Assembly (NCBI GenBank): GCA_964397655.1
Contig: CAYNKA010000003.1
Span: 240,938 to 304,937 of the forward strand
DNA: 64,000 nucleotides
Direction: 5' to 3'
Source: an uncultured Spirochaetaceae bacterium
GTDB taxonomy: Bacteria > Spirochaetota > Spirochaetia > DTKZ01
Below the pieces are notes generated by a model that saw nothing but the letters and a program-made list of their open reading frames with translations, ran no database searches and was not told the origin of the DNA. Below are positions 16,652-27,540 of the stretch, one piece after another (position 1 is the stretch's first letter; each line of letters opens with the position of its first letter). The translations under genes were made by a program, and so were the position numbers.

Positions 16652-17194
16652 TCAGCAGAGGAATCGTTCGTTTACCGGCACAGGTTCCTCGGGATTCGCC
16701 TCGGGCTCGCGGAGCCGGAGCTGCCACCACCCGACGTCGCGCCACGCTCCGAGCTTGTACCCCGCGTTCTTGCAGACCCCGACGAACTCGAAGCCGAAGG
16801 ACTCGTGAAGCGCGACGCTCCGCTCGTTCGGCAGAGTGACGACTCCGAAGGCGTTGTAGTATCCGAGCGCCCTCACCGCCTCGATGAGGCGGGAATAGAG
16901 GGCCTTGCCCACGCCCCTGCCGAGGTGCCGTCGGCCCACGTACACGGCGAAATCCACGCTGAAGCGATAGGCCGCACGCTCCTTGTGCCTCGAAGCGTAG
17001 GCGTAACCGAGTATCCTTCCTTCGTCCTCGCCGACGTACCAGGGGTAGACCGAAGCGACGGACCGGATGCGGCCCGCGAATTCCTCCGTGCCGGGGGGGA
17101 CCGTTTCGAAGGAGATCGAGGTCTCCTCCACGTACGGAGCGTAGATGAGGGCGAGGGCCTCGGCGTCCGCCGGGGCGACGAATCGAATGTCCAT
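16652..17194 (-). CDS. GNAT family N-acetyltransferase (phosphinothricin acetyltransferase-like), 180 aa
   Basis: Acetyl-CoA binding motif RRHLGRGVGKAL. ATG at 17194. The long extension to 18061 is an antisense shadow of add. Confidence 0.8.
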   Translation of the reverse strand: MDIRFVAPADAEALALIYAPYVEETSISFETVPPGTEEFAGRIRSVASVYPWYVGEDEGRILGYAYASRHKERAAYRFSVDFAVYVGRRHLGRGVGKALYSRLIEAVRALGYYNAFGVVTLPNERSVALHESFGFEFVGVCKNAGYKLGAWRDVGWWQLRLREPEANPEEPVPVNERFLC

Positions 17195-17284
17195 GAAGGA
17201 AGCATACCTCCTCGCCGGACCCGAGGCAAGAAGACCGAGAACGCTCTCGGAGCGGACGAATGGCGCGGCCGGTGAAACCCTGCT

Positions 17285-18331
17285 ATGATGGAATGCATGG
17301 AAAAATGGATCGAAACGCTTCCGAAGATCGAACTCCACCTTCATATCGAGGGGGCTATCCCGATCGCGACGTTCCGCGAACTCGTGAAGAAATACAGCCC
17401 GCGAGGAAGGGCGCCGTCCGTCGAAGAACTCGAAAAGCGGTTCGTCTTCCGGGACTTCGCGCATTTCATCGAAACGTGGATGTGGCACTGCGAATACATC
17501 AACGAGTACGACGACTTCACCCTGATCGCGGAGGGCGTCGCCGGCTACCTCGCGGAGCAGAACGTCCTCTACGCCGAGGCCTTCTTTTCGGCTCCGGATT
17601 TCCACGGCAAGAGGCTCTCCACCCAGAGGATCGCCGAGGCGATCAGGAAGGGCTTGGACAGAAAAACCGGCGCCGAGGTGAGGCTCGTCGGAGACGTGGT
17701 GCGCCATTTGGGGCCCGAGAAGGCCCTCAGGACCGTTTCGGAACTCCTCGAAGTCAAGGAGTTCGGTGTCGTCGGCATAGGCCTCGGCGGAATGGAAAAG
17801 GGCTTTCCTCCGAGGCTCTTCAAGGACGTTTTCGAAAAAGCGAGAAAGGCCGGCTTCCATACGACCGCCCACGCCGGGGAGGCGGACGGCGAGGAAAGCG
17901 TCCGCGGAGCGGTGAACGAGCTCCTGGCGGAGCGGATCGGCCACGGGACCCATATAACGGATCCGAGACTCCTCGACCTCATCGGCGAGCGGAGGATCGG
18001 CATAGAGATGTGCCCGCTCTCCAACGTCCGCACGAAGTCGGTCGCGGCCTACCGGGAACACCCGATCCGCCGCTTCTTCGACCGCGGGCTCCTCGTGAGC
18101 GTGAACACCGACGACCCCGCCATGTTCGGGAATCCCTTCTGTCGGGAAATCGAGGCCCTCGTCGACGAATTCGGATTCACCGAGGAGGAAGTCGTCCGGC
18201 TCATGGAGAACGCGGCGGAGAGCTCATGGATGCCGCGGGAGAAAAAGGACGGGTTCAAGAGCCTCCTCCGGGCGGGACGCCGATCCGGGTCTGTGAACGC
18301 CGCTTCCGAAAAAACGATCGATGCTCTATAA
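17285..18331 (+). CDS. add: Adenosine deaminase
   Basis: LPKIELHLHIEG metal-binding motif, family length, conserved HAGE region. Confidence 0.85.
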   Translation: MMECMEKWIETLPKIELHLHIEGAIPIATFRELVKKYSPRGRAPSVEELEKRFVFRDFAHFIETWMWHCEYINEYDDFTLIAEGVAGYLAEQNVLYAEAFFSAPDFHGKRLSTQRIAEAIRKGLDRKTGAEVRLVGDVVRHLGPEKALRTVSELLEVKEFGVVGIGLGGMEKGFPPRLFKDVFEKARKAGFHTTAHAGEADGEESVRGAVNELLAERIGHGTHITDPRLLDLIGERRIGIEMCPLSNVRTKSVAAYREHPIRRFFDRGLLVSVNTDDPAMFGNPFCREIEALVDEFGFTEEEVVRLMENAAESSWMPREKKDGFKSLLRAGRRSGSVNAASEKTIDAL

Positions 18332-18397
18332 TGAGCCGGGGTTTGCCGATCGCTTCAAGAATAAATACACATGATCCCCGATCTCGAAGGAACTGTC

Positions 18398-19786
18398 ATG
18401 GCAGAGGGAAAAATCCTCCTGGTGGAAGACGAAACGATAATCGCATTGGACGAGGCGGAATCCCTGAAGGCCTACGGCTTTCAGGTCGCCATCGCGTCGA
18501 GCGGGGAGACGGCCGTTTCCCTCATGAAGACCTCAACGGACATCGACCTCGTCCTCATGGACCTGGATCTCGGATCCGGCATTGACGGCACGGAAACGGC
18601 GCGCCGGATACTCGAGGACCGCGACGTTCCCATCATCTTCCTCTCCAACCATACCGAGCCCGAGATCGTCGAAAAGACCGAGAAGATCACCTCCTACGGC
18701 TACGCCGTCAAGAATTCCGGAATCGCCGCCCTCATCGCCTCGATCAAGATGGCCTTTCGCCTCTTCGAGGCGAACCGAAAGGTGAAGATGCAGGAAGAGT
18801 CCCTGAGGGAGAGCCAGGAGATCTTCGATCTGTTCCTGGAACACAGCCCCATCTACGTATTCTTCAAGGACGAGCGGATCCGGTCGATCCGATTGAGCAG
18901 AAACTACGAGGCGATGCTCGGAAGGCCGATCGGGGAGCTGCTCGGGAAGACGATGGACGACCTCTTTCCCTCCGATCTCGCCAAATCCATGATACAGGAC
19001 GATCTCGGAATTCTCAGGGAAGGCAAGCCCATCAAGGTCGTCGAGGAACTTGCGGGCAGGACCTACGAGACGATCAAATTCCCCATCCGTCACGCGGACA
19101 AGGCCTCGTATTTGGCGGGATTCACCATCGACGTCACCGAAGCCAAGGCAACGCAGCTCCGCCTGGCGAAGGCGCTTGAAGAAAAAACCGTGCTCCTCAA
19201 GGAACTGCAGCATAGGGTCAAGAACAGCATGACCACGATCCAAAGCCTCATCCATCTCGAACGGGACCGGACTTCGTCGGGAGAAACCGCGGCAGTCCTG
19301 GAAAACCTCATGGGCAGGGTGAGCACCATGACCAAGCTCTACTCGCTTCTCGCCCAGGAGGAGGACGTCCGGAGAATCCGTCTCGACTCCTACCTTTCGA
19401 GCATAATCCGCTCCCTGGCGGCGTCTCAGAGCGGAAGAAAAGAGAGGATCCGCGTGCGGGAGGAACTCGAAGCCGTCGAGATCGACGCCAAGCGGGCCAC
19501 CCCCGTCGGCCTCATCCTCAACGAACTCCTCACGAACATCTACAAGCACGCCTTTCCCGGCGAGAGCGGCGGAGAACTCGTGATCCGCCTGCTCAAGGAT
19601 AGAGGCGAGATCGTGCTCGAGGCATCCGACGACGGGATAAGGCTTCCCGACGACTTTTCGCCGGAAAAATCGTCCGGTCTCGGCCTCAGGCTCATCCTCA
19701 TCCTGAAGGACCAGCTTCGGGGTTCGTTCCGGCACATCCCGGGGGAAAGGACCGCGTTCCGCCTGAGCTTCCCCGCGGAGACCTGA
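18398..19786 (+). CDS. Hybrid REC-PAS-HisKA_2 (HWE-type) sensor histidine kinase
   Basis: N-terminal receiver KILLVEDE...DLVLMDLDL, PAS, and HRVKNSMTTIQSL (HisKA_2 H-box) plus HATPase. RBS GAAGGAA. Confidence 0.8.
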   Translation: MAEGKILLVEDETIIALDEAESLKAYGFQVAIASSGETAVSLMKTSTDIDLVLMDLDLGSGIDGTETARRILEDRDVPIIFLSNHTEPEIVEKTEKITSYGYAVKNSGIAALIASIKMAFRLFEANRKVKMQEESLRESQEIFDLFLEHSPIYVFFKDERIRSIRLSRNYEAMLGRPIGELLGKTMDDLFPSDLAKSMIQDDLGILREGKPIKVVEELAGRTYETIKFPIRHADKASYLAGFTIDVTEAKATQLRLAKALEEKTVLLKELQHRVKNSMTTIQSLIHLERDRTSSGETAAVLENLMGRVSTMTKLYSLLAQEEDVRRIRLDSYLSSIIRSLAASQSGRKERIRVREELEAVEIDAKRATPVGLILNELLTNIYKHAFPGESGGELVIRLLKDRGEIVLEASDDGIRLPDDFSPEKSSGLGLRLILILKDQLRGSFRHIPGERTAFRLSFPAET

Positions 19787-19828
19787 AAAGCGGCTGGCGG
19801 CGGGCCTTTCGCCTCCGCGTCGAGGACT

Positions 19829-20839
19829 TCAGGGCGCCTGAGGCCTCGATCGTCTCGTGTCGCCGCGGCCGAAACCCAGGTAAGCCTCCTCGAGGATGTC
19901 GCCCCGGTCGTTCACGACGACCTCGGCCCGGACGCGGGGTACCGGACCGCTCCTCATGTCCGCGAAACTCACCCGATACCCGTCGCCGTTCCTCGTCGTG
20001 CTGACGCGGAGAAAAGGCGAGAACGCCGCGGCCGCGCGGGCGAAGTCCGACTTCATGGCCGTGCTCACGGCCCGGCTCTCACCTTCCTTCCTGAACCGCG
20101 CCGCCTCCCGCACCGCGCCGTCGGAACGGGAAATCGTGCCGCCGATCAGCTCTCCCGACGCGTCCATCGAATAGTTCCATTCGTCCAGGCCCTGCGAGTT
20201 CGAGGTGAGGGCTATCCTCTCGATTCCGAGGCCTGCGTAGTGAGTCCTCACCGCTTCCGTGAGCTCGTATCTGACCCGGGCCCTCTCCCCGACGTATCCC
20301 CCGAAAGCGAGAAGAGCCGCGGCCGCGACGAAGACGGGCCTGATCCTCGCCGGGCCGTAGCGCCGGACGAGAAAGCCCGCGAGCACCGCGCCGCCGAAAA
20401 GATACCAGCCCGTTCGGTCGCTGAACCGGAGGATGCCGGTGAAGAAAGGCTCGCGGGAAAAAGGCAGGAGGAGGAAGGTCGAATACGAGGTGAGGAGGTC
20501 GAGCGCGTCGTGGGCGGCCATGCCGAGGAGGGCCCAGAGAAAGAGCCGCCTCCTCCCGATCGCGGGGAAGAAACGGGAGAAGACGAAGGCGAGAAGCGCG
20601 GAGAGAACCACGACGCCCGCGATCGAGTGCGTCGGTCCGCGATGGTATTTGAAGAACATGAAGGGGCCGCCCGCGAGGGTTACTACGTCGATGTCGGGGA
20701 AGACCGAACCGGCGAGGGCGATGAGCGATATCCCCCTGTCCGTCCGGCGGCTCTCGGCCGTCGCGGCCGGACCTGCGTTGCGGTCCCGGTTCAACATGGC
20801 GAGGACCGCGCCAGAGAGGGCGTGCGTGACGGGGTCCAT
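19829..20839 (-). CDS. Membrane-bound metal-dependent hydrolase (YdjM/DUF457-like)
   Basis: MDPVTHALSGAVLA N-terminus with His-rich TM helices. AAGGAGG RBS. Start overlaps the MFS stop by 1 nt. Confidence 0.7.
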   Translation of the reverse strand: MDPVTHALSGAVLAMLNRDRNAGPAATAESRRTDRGISLIALAGSVFPDIDVVTLAGGPFMFFKYHRGPTHSIAGVVVLSALLAFVFSRFFPAIGRRRLFLWALLGMAAHDALDLLTSYSTFLLLPFSREPFFTGILRFSDRTGWYLFGGAVLAGFLVRRYGPARIRPVFVAAAALLAFGGYVGERARVRYELTEAVRTHYAGLGIERIALTSNSQGLDEWNYSMDASGELIGGTISRSDGAVREAARFRKEGESRAVSTAMKSDFARAAAAFSPFLRVSTTRNGDGYRVSFADMRSGPVPRVRAEVVVNDRGDILEEAYLGFGRGDTRRSRPQAP

Positions 20840-22241
20840 CAATCGGCCTCCTTTCCGGTCCCGGCCGGTTCCCTGCCCCTCGCGTAGGATGCGCCGATGC
20901 CGAGGAGGCAGAGGATCGTGAACAGGAGATAGGAATACCGGGCGCTCGCGATGAAACCGGGGACCAGTTCCGGGCCCATGGTTCCGCTTCCCATGAAGAG
21001 CGAAAACATGAGCTGGACGAGGCTGAGGCTGAACATCTGGCCCGTGAGCCTCATGGTTCCCACCGATGCGGAGGCGAGCCCGTAATGCCGTTTGTCCACG
21101 GAACTCATGATCGCCGTCGTGTTGGGCGAGGAGAACAGGGCGAAGCCGAAGCCGAGGAAGGCGATGCTGCCCGCGATGTAGGGGATGCCCGTGGCGCCGT
21201 TTACGAACACGAGGAGGAAAAGCCCCGCGGCGGTGCAGGCCATCCCCGAGGTCGCGAGGATCCGCGCGCCGAGGCGGTCGGAGAGGCGGCCGGCCATGGG
21301 CGAGAAGACAGCCTGCATGACCGGCTGGGCCATGAGCACGGCCCCCGTTTCCCACGACGTGAGTTCCATCACGTACTGCAGATGCAGGCTGAGCAGGAAA
21401 CCGACTCCGAAGGTGGCGCTGTAATTGACGAAGGCCGAAGCGCTCGAGAAGGAGAAGACCCTGTTCCCCCTGAAGAGCGATACCGCGAAAACGGGATGGG
21501 CGGCCCTGTGTTCCCAGGCGACGAAGCCGATTCCGAGGCCGAGGCCGCCGACCGCCAGCGCGAACCCGAGGCCCCGCGGCAGGAGGGACATGCCCGTCAT
21601 GAGGGCGAGAAGGGACAGTCCGTACAGGACGGCCCCGACCGAGTCGAAGGGCTCGCCCCTCGACTCGGCCCACTCCGCTTCGATGCGCCCGCGGACGAGC
21701 AGGTACACCGCGAGGCCGAGGCCGGCGTTGAGGAAGAAGAGCGCCCTCCATCCAGCGAAATAGGTCACCGCGCCGCCTGCCGCCGGTCCGAGGGAAAGCC
21801 CGATATAGGCGGCCGCCACGGTGATTCCGATCACCCTGCCCCGTTCGGACGGGGGATAGACGGAACTCAGCATCGCGACCCCGACCCCGAAGATCCCGGC
21901 CCCGCCGACGCCCTGGAGCACGCGGAAGCAGAGGAGGAGCGGGACCGAGGGGGCGGCACCGCAGGCCGCGGACGTCAGGGCGTAGACGAGCGTACCGAGC
22001 GTGAAGACGAGACGGCGGCCCCGGATGTCCGCGATCCTGCCGACGGGCACGAGAAAGACCGCGGAGGAGAGGAGGAAGGCGAGGGCGATCCAGCTCAGGA
22101 GGTCCGCGTCCGCCCCGAATTCGGCCACGACGGAAGGAAGCGCGACGTTGACGGACGAGGTCATGAAGGGGGTGAGGAACGATCCCATGGTCGCGGCTGC
22201 GAGCACCGCCTTCCTCGCCGCGGAAGTCGTTTCCGGAGTCA
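20839..22241 (-). CDS. MFS transporter (DHA2-like)
   Basis: 14-TM MFS architecture and SSVNVALPSV motif. Start set at MTPETTS; a TTG-initiated frame extends to 22278. Confidence 0.8.
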
Positions 22242-22302
22242 TGGTTGAAAGGTAAACGGGAGAAGGGGCGAAGGGCAAGCGCTTTTCACAGATTTCGGAA
22301 TA

Positions 22303-23421
22303 TCAACCTCGGGGCAGACTCACCGTGATGGTCGTTCCCTTCTCCTCCGACGTTTCGAAATCAATCGAACCCCCGAGGGTGCGCGCGATGAGCATCGCGG
22401 AATAGGCGCCCAGACCCGTCCCTTTTTCCTTTCCCGCGGTGGCGAATTTCTCGAAGAACCTCCCCCTGACGCTCTCCGGGATAGCTCCCCTGTTGTGTAT
22501 CGACAAGGTCACGGAAGGCCCTACATCCAGGCCGACGGTAACGACCTCGTTCGCGGGGGAGGCTTCCACCGCGTTCTTAATAAGGTTCGCGCAGAGCGTG
22601 TAGAAAAGCAGCGCTTCCCCCTTTATCCGCACCGAGGTGCGATCGCCCGGAGTTTCACCGTCGACGAGGACTCCGATCCCTACCGCCTTCTCCTCCGCCG
22701 CGACGAGGCAGGTCTCCGCAACCTGCCGGATGATGCCCAGGGCGTCGACAGACACGGTGTTGGCGACGTAGGTACCGTTCTCCATCTTGTAGAGATCGAT
22801 CGAGCTGTTGATCATGTCGAGCATCTTGCGGCCGGAGTCTTCTATCATCTTCAGATATCGCATCTCCTCGTCGTTCCCGGTTCGGTTCCGCATCAGGATT
22901 CTCGGAAGGTTGAGGATGACCATGAGGGGGCTCTTCATATCGTGTCGTATGATGCTCTCCACCTCCTCCCGAAGACGCGCGTTCTCCTTGAGGATGTCGT
23001 TCTGTCGTTCGAGATCCTCCCGCGCTTGCTTGAGTTCTATGTGAGTCCTCACCCTCGCCTTGAGCAGGAGCGGGTTGACCGGCTTCACGATGTAATCCAC
23101 GCCTCCGGCGTCGAAACCGGCCGCCTCGTCCTCCACGGCGTCCTTCGAAGTCACGAAGATCACCGGTACGGATTTCGTTGGCTCGTCACGCTTGAGACGT
23201 CTGCACACCTCGTAACCGTTCATTCCTGGCATCATGACGTCGAGGAGGACGAGAGCCGGCACCTCATCCGACCGCGCGATCCGCAAGGCCTGCTCACCGT
23301 TGGCGGCGACTTTCACCCGGTAGTCCTCCTTTAGCACGTTGCTCATGAGCAGGAGGTTTTCCGGCGTATCGTCGACGATGAGAACGATAGGTTTCGCGAG
23401 TGAATCCGGTCGATTATCCAT
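22303..23421 (-). CDS. Hybrid response regulator receiver-histidine kinase
   Basis: REC (IVLIVDDTPENL...LLDVMMPGMNGYEV), then RHDMKSPLMVI H-box and HATPase. ATG 23421 with AAGGA RBS. The upstream part of the ORF is an antisense shadow. Confidence 0.8.
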   Translation of the reverse strand: MDNRPDSLAKPIVLIVDDTPENLLLMSNVLKEDYRVKVAANGEQALRIARSDEVPALVLLDVMMPGMNGYEVCRRLKRDEPTKSVPVIFVTSKDAVEDEAAGFDAGGVDYIVKPVNPLLLKARVRTHIELKQAREDLERQNDILKENARLREEVESIIRHDMKSPLMVILNLPRILMRNRTGNDEEMRYLKMIEDSGRKMLDMINSSIDLYKMENGTYVANTVSVDALGIIRQVAETCLVAAEEKAVGIGVLVDGETPGDRTSVRIKGEALLFYTLCANLIKNAVEASPANEVVTVGLDVGPSVTLSIHNRGAIPESVRGRFFEKFATAGKEKGTGLGAYSAMLIARTLGGSIDFETSEEKGTTITVSLPRG

Positions 23422-23554
23422 GATCCGTCCTTTTTTAACTGCGGTCGCCAGGAAATTATAGGACAAGGTGTTTTCGAATACAAGCGAGCGGGAGAATTTC
23501 CCTTCTAAGCCCGTCGGGTATATACTCGGTGCATCGAACGTACGGAGGGCCGAC

Positions 23555-24538
23555 ATGAAATACAGAAGACTCGGAAAAACCGGATGGATGGTTTCCGAGA
23601 TTTCTCTCGGGACCTGGCAGGTCGGGGGGAAATGGGGGACCACCTTCGACGAGCGCACGGCGGAGGAGATCATCAACGCGGCGATCGACGAGGGCATCAA
23701 CTTCATCGACACGGCCGACGTCTATTCGGGCGGAAAGAGCGAGAGAACGGTGGCGAACGTCGTCCGGGACCGGAAGAAGGACGTGAAGATCGCCACGAAG
23801 TGCGGACGAAGGCTGTCACCCCATGCCGCGGATTCCTACACTCCCGCGGCACTCAGGAAGTTCGTGGAGGACAGCCTCGCGAACATGAGACTCGACGTCC
23901 TCGACCTGGTCCAGCTCCACTGTCCGCCCACCCCGGTCTACTACAGGCCGGAGATCTTCGAGACCTTCGACCGCCTCAAGGACCAGGGGAAGATCCGCTT
24001 CCTCGGCGTGAGCGTGGAGCGCGTGGAAGAGGCCGTCAAGGCCATCGAATACCCGAACGTGGCGACGGTGCAGATAATCTTCAATATTTTCCGCCAGAGG
24101 CCGAAGGACCTCTTCTTCCGCCTCGCCGAGAAAAAGGACGTCGGCGTCATCGTCCGCGTCCCGCTCGCGAGCGGTCTGCTCTCGGGCCGGTTCACCCAGG
24201 AAACGGTCTTCGGCGCGGAGGACCACAGATTCTTCAACAGGAACGGCGAACGCTTCGACAAGGGGGAGACCTTCGCGGGCGTGCCGTACGAGATCGGGCT
24301 CGAAGCGGTCGATGAACTGAAGGCGGCATTCGGGGGAGCTTCTCTCGCGAGGACCGCGCTCAGGTGGATCCTCGAGTTCCCCCAGGTGTCCTGCATCATC
24401 CCGGGAGCCTCGCGCAGGGAACAGATCGAGGAGAACGTGAAGGCCTCCTCCGCTCCCGAGCTCTCGGAAGCGGAAAGGAAGGCTGCCGCGGACGTCTACG
24501 AGCGGAGAATCAAACCCTACGTCCACCACCTGTGGTGA
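23555..24538 (+). CDS. Aldo/keto reductase
   Basis: MKYRRLGKTGWMVSEISLGTW AKR N-terminus. GGAGGG RBS. Confidence 0.88.
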   Translation: MKYRRLGKTGWMVSEISLGTWQVGGKWGTTFDERTAEEIINAAIDEGINFIDTADVYSGGKSERTVANVVRDRKKDVKIATKCGRRLSPHAADSYTPAALRKFVEDSLANMRLDVLDLVQLHCPPTPVYYRPEIFETFDRLKDQGKIRFLGVSVERVEEAVKAIEYPNVATVQIIFNIFRQRPKDLFFRLAEKKDVGVIVRVPLASGLLSGRFTQETVFGAEDHRFFNRNGERFDKGETFAGVPYEIGLEAVDELKAAFGGASLARTALRWILEFPQVSCIIPGASRREQIEENVKASSAPELSEAERKAAADVYERRIKPYVHHLW

Positions 24539-24546
24539 ACGAAGAA

Positions 24547-24566
24547 CCCCGGAGCGAGCTCCGGGG
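24547..24566. terminator. Bidirectional hairpin CCCCGGAGC-ga-GCTCCGGGG between the convergent AKR and mrp genes
   Basis: 9-bp perfect stem; weak T-tract on the minus-strand side only. Confidence 0.5.
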
Positions 24567-24586
24567 TACGAACCCCCGCTTTCCGG

Positions 24587-25369
24587 TCAGGCTCCGCCCG
24601 GAACGGCCGCGGCGACGCTCGAGGCGAGGTCCTCGGCCGCGGTCCTGAGGTCGTCCGGCAGGTTCTCCCAGCCGAGGGCCCCGGCCTGGGCGAGTTCCTT
24701 GCGCCAGGCGAAGCGCCCGAGCAGGGGAAGTCCGAGCTTGGTCGCCGACTCGGCCGCCGCCCCCTGGGCGAACAGGCGGAACTCCCTGCCGCAGTGCGGG
24801 CAGACCATGGCCCCCATGTTCTCCACGAGGCCCAGGACCGGCGTGCCGGTCTTCACCGCCATCTTGACGGACTTGGCGACGATCATGGACACGAAGTCCT
24901 GCGGCGTCGCGACTACGACGAGACCGTCCACCGGGAGCTGCTGGAAACCGGTGAGGACGACGTCGGCCGTTCCCGGGGGAAAGTCCACGACGAGATAATC
25001 CAGTTCGCCCCATTCCGCGTCGCCGTAGAACTGCTGGAGGGCCTTCGCGAGAAGCGGTCCCCGCCAGATGACGGGATCGTCCTCGTCGGAAAGGTACATG
25101 TTGATCGACACGAGCTTGATCCCCTGTTCGTCGGAGATGGGGAAGAGCTTCTCGCCTTCGCTTTCTCCCGGTATCCCCTCGACGCCCAGGAGCCGGGGAA
25201 TGCTCGGTCCGGTTATGTCCGCGTCGAGGACTCCCACCGAATACCCCCCCGCGGCGAGAGCCTGTGCGAGAAGAACCGTCACGGTGGACTTCCCCACTCC
25301 GCCCTTGCCGCTCGCGACCCCGATGATCCGCTTGATGCCTTTTTTCGGCAGTTTTTCGATTTCAGCCAT
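24587..25369 (-). CDS. apbC: Mrp/NBP35/ApbC family Fe-S cluster carrier ATPase
   Basis: GKGGVGKST deviant Walker A and a CxxC motif (CPHC). Confidence 0.85.
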   Translation of the reverse strand: MAEIEKLPKKGIKRIIGVASGKGGVGKSTVTVLLAQALAAGGYSVGVLDADITGPSIPRLLGVEGIPGESEGEKLFPISDEQGIKLVSINMYLSDEDDPVIWRGPLLAKALQQFYGDAEWGELDYLVVDFPPGTADVVLTGFQQLPVDGLVVVATPQDFVSMIVAKSVKMAVKTGTPVLGLVENMGAMVCPHCGREFRLFAQGAAAESATKLGLPLLGRFAWRKELAQAGALGWENLPDDLRTAAEDLASSVAAAVPGGA

Positions 25370-25387
25370 TCTTCTTTCCTTGTATGA

Positions 25388-26263
25388 TCAGAATCTCCGA
25401 CACAGGTTCCTCCACACATCCGCGAGCTGCCGCGAAACCGGAAGTGTTCCGTCGTACTCCACGACGCTCTTCGCCCGAAGCTGGGCCGCCGTGAACACGC
25501 GGTCGTAGACCAGTTCGCCGACAACCTTGACTCCCCGCCTTTCGCACAGCTCTTTGATTTCCGAGGAAATCGAGGTGTTAATATCGCATTTATTGACGCA
25601 GACGAAAAGAGGCATGCCGAAATGTTCGGTCAAGGCGATGACCCGTTCCAGATCGTGACGGCTCGAAAGACTCGGTTCCGCCACCGCGAGGACGGCGTCC
25701 GCCCCCGTGATCGAGGCGATGACCGGGCATCCGATGCCGGGACAGCCGTCGACGAGGATGTAGTCCGCCCCTTCCGCCTCGGCGATTTCCCGGGCCTTCT
25801 TACGGACGACGCTCACGAGTTTGCCGGAGTTCTCTGCCTCGGCGTCGAGGGCCGCATGTACCAAGATACCGAACCGCGTGGAGGAAACGTACCATTCGCC
25901 GCATCTCCTTTCCTGAAAGGAAATCGCTCCGGCGGGACAACGGCGGACGCAGAGCCCGCAACCCTCGCAGCCTGCTATCCGGTATTTCCCGTTTTCCGCG
26001 GCCCGAACCGCGTCGAAACGGCAGAGCTCGGCGCATTTTCCGCAGGCCGTGCACGTCTCGGGATCGATGACCGCCTCGCGGCCGCTTATGAAGGGCGTTT
26101 TCTCCCGGATTTCGGGCGAAAAAATGAGATGGAGGTCCGCCGCGTCAACGTCGCAGTCGGCGAAGACGGCCTTCCCCTCGGTGGAAACGAGGGCTGCGAA
26201 GGAGGCGGTCACGCTGGTCTTTCCGGTGCCGCCCTTCCCGCTGATGACGACGAGTTCCTTCAT
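25388..26263 (-). CDS. MinD/ParA-superfamily P-loop ATPase with inserted 4Fe-4S ferredoxin-type cysteine motifs (paralog B)
   Basis: SGKGGTGKTS, CTACGKCAELC...CEGCGLCVRRCP, DGCPGIGCP. ATGA overlap with paralog A. Confidence 0.8.
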   Translation of the reverse strand: MKELVVISGKGGTGKTSVTASFAALVSTEGKAVFADCDVDAADLHLIFSPEIREKTPFISGREAVIDPETCTACGKCAELCRFDAVRAAENGKYRIAGCEGCGLCVRRCPAGAISFQERRCGEWYVSSTRFGILVHAALDAEAENSGKLVSVVRKKAREIAEAEGADYILVDGCPGIGCPVIASITGADAVLAVAEPSLSSRHDLERVIALTEHFGMPLFVCVNKCDINTSISSEIKELCERRGVKVVGELVYDRVFTAAQLRAKSVVEYDGTLPVSRQLADVWRNLCRRF

Positions 26264-27138
26264 TCCCTGCCTCCTTCGGCGGCTCGAAAGCCGGCCGCGG
26301 CGAACACGGCATCGAGCAGCCTCGCCGTCATCGGCCCGTATTCGGAGGCGGCTGAAAGCAGCGTCCCTCCCCGGGAATAGGCCTCGGCGACTCGGCGGTC
26401 GTCGGGGATCTCGAGGAGGACCGGGATTCCTTCCCGCGCACAGTAGGTCCTGACTCGATCGTCCCCCGAATCCGCCCGATTGATGACGACGCCGAAGGAA
26501 AGGCCGGCCTTGCGCACCGTCCCGACGGCGAGAGTCAAATCGTGCAGGCCGAAGGGCGTCGGTTCGGTGACGAGGAGGACGAAGTCCGCCCCGCGGACAG
26601 CCGTGATCATAGGACAGGACGTTCCGGGCGGACAGTCGACGATCACGAGGTCCGAAGGGCCGGAACGTTTCTTGACGGCCCGGATCAAAGGCGGCGACAT
26701 CGCGAAGCCTACCTTGAGCTCGCCCTCCACGAAACGAAGGTTTCCCTTCTCCGAGCTCCTGACGGTGCCGATGGGCTCGCCCTTCTCCGTGAGTGCCCAT
26801 TCGGGGCATTCCATGACGCAGGCGCCGCAGCCGTGGCAGAGTTCCGAGAATACGAGAAGCTGGTCCTTGAGGAGGGCCAGGGCATTGAACATACAGATCT
26901 TCACGCAGGCACCGCAAGCCGTGCATTTCTCCTCGGAAACCTCCGGGACCGGAAGGGTGATCTCCTCGATCTTGACGCCCGCCGCGTTTCCGCCTAGGAA
27001 AAGAGCCGCATTCGGCTCCTCGACGTCGCAGTCCAACAGAGTCGTTTTTCCCGCCGCGGACAGGGCCAAGGCGACGGAAAGGGTGGTCTTTCCCGTGCCT
27101 CCTTTCCCGGAGGCGACAGCGAGGCGAAACGGCTTCAT
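26260..27138 (-). CDS. MinD/ParA-superfamily P-loop ATPase with inserted 4Fe-4S ferredoxin-type cysteine motifs (paralog A)
   Basis: SGKGGTGKTT, CTACGACVKIC...CHGCGACVMECP, DCPPGTSCP. Start at MKPF (27138). Confidence 0.8.
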   Translation of the reverse strand: MKPFRLAVASGKGGTGKTTLSVALALSAAGKTTLLDCDVEEPNAALFLGGNAAGVKIEEITLPVPEVSEEKCTACGACVKICMFNALALLKDQLLVFSELCHGCGACVMECPEWALTEKGEPIGTVRSSEKGNLRFVEGELKVGFAMSPPLIRAVKKRSGPSDLVIVDCPPGTSCPMITAVRGADFVLLVTEPTPFGLHDLTLAVGTVRKAGLSFGVVINRADSGDDRVRTYCAREGIPVLLEIPDDRRVAEAYSRGGTLLSAASEYGPMTARLLDAVFAAAGFRAAEGGRE

Positions 27139-27146
27139 ACCGGCCT

Positions 27147-27506
27147 TCACCAGTGACCCTCGACGTCCGCGGCGGCCGCCTTCTTCAATTCGCCCTTTTT
27201 GAAAGCCTCGATGACTTCCTTGACGGGCCGGACGCCGCTGTGATACACGGCGATCTTCGCTGCATCGAGCACGCGAAAGGCCTTGGGGCCTGTATGACCG
27301 GTGACGACGGCCTCCGCCCCCGCGGCCGCGACGTTCTGGGCTGCCTGGATTCCCGCGCCCTGGGCGGCGTTCAGGTTCTGGGTATTGTCAAAGAATTCAC
27401 AGGAATCGGTCTCGGTTTCATAGAGGACGAATTTCTTCGCCCGGCCGAACCGGGCGTCCAGCGGCGCTTCCAGGCCGTCGCCGTCGATCGTAATCGCTAT
27501 TTTCAT
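27147..27506 (-). CDS. NifX/NafY/NifB-C-terminal-like 'dinitrogenase FeMo-cofactor binding' domain protein
   Basis: MKIAITIDGDGLEAPLDARFGRAKKFVLYE is the canonical start of the family; 119 aa. Confidence 0.8.
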   Translation of the reverse strand: MKIAITIDGDGLEAPLDARFGRAKKFVLYETETDSCEFFDNTQNLNAAQGAGIQAAQNVAAAGAEAVVTGHTGPKAFRVLDAAKIAVYHSGVRPVKEVIEAFKKGELKKAAAADVEGHW

Positions 27507-27540
27507 CTTTCATGCACTCCTTGTTCGAAGTACGAGCGCC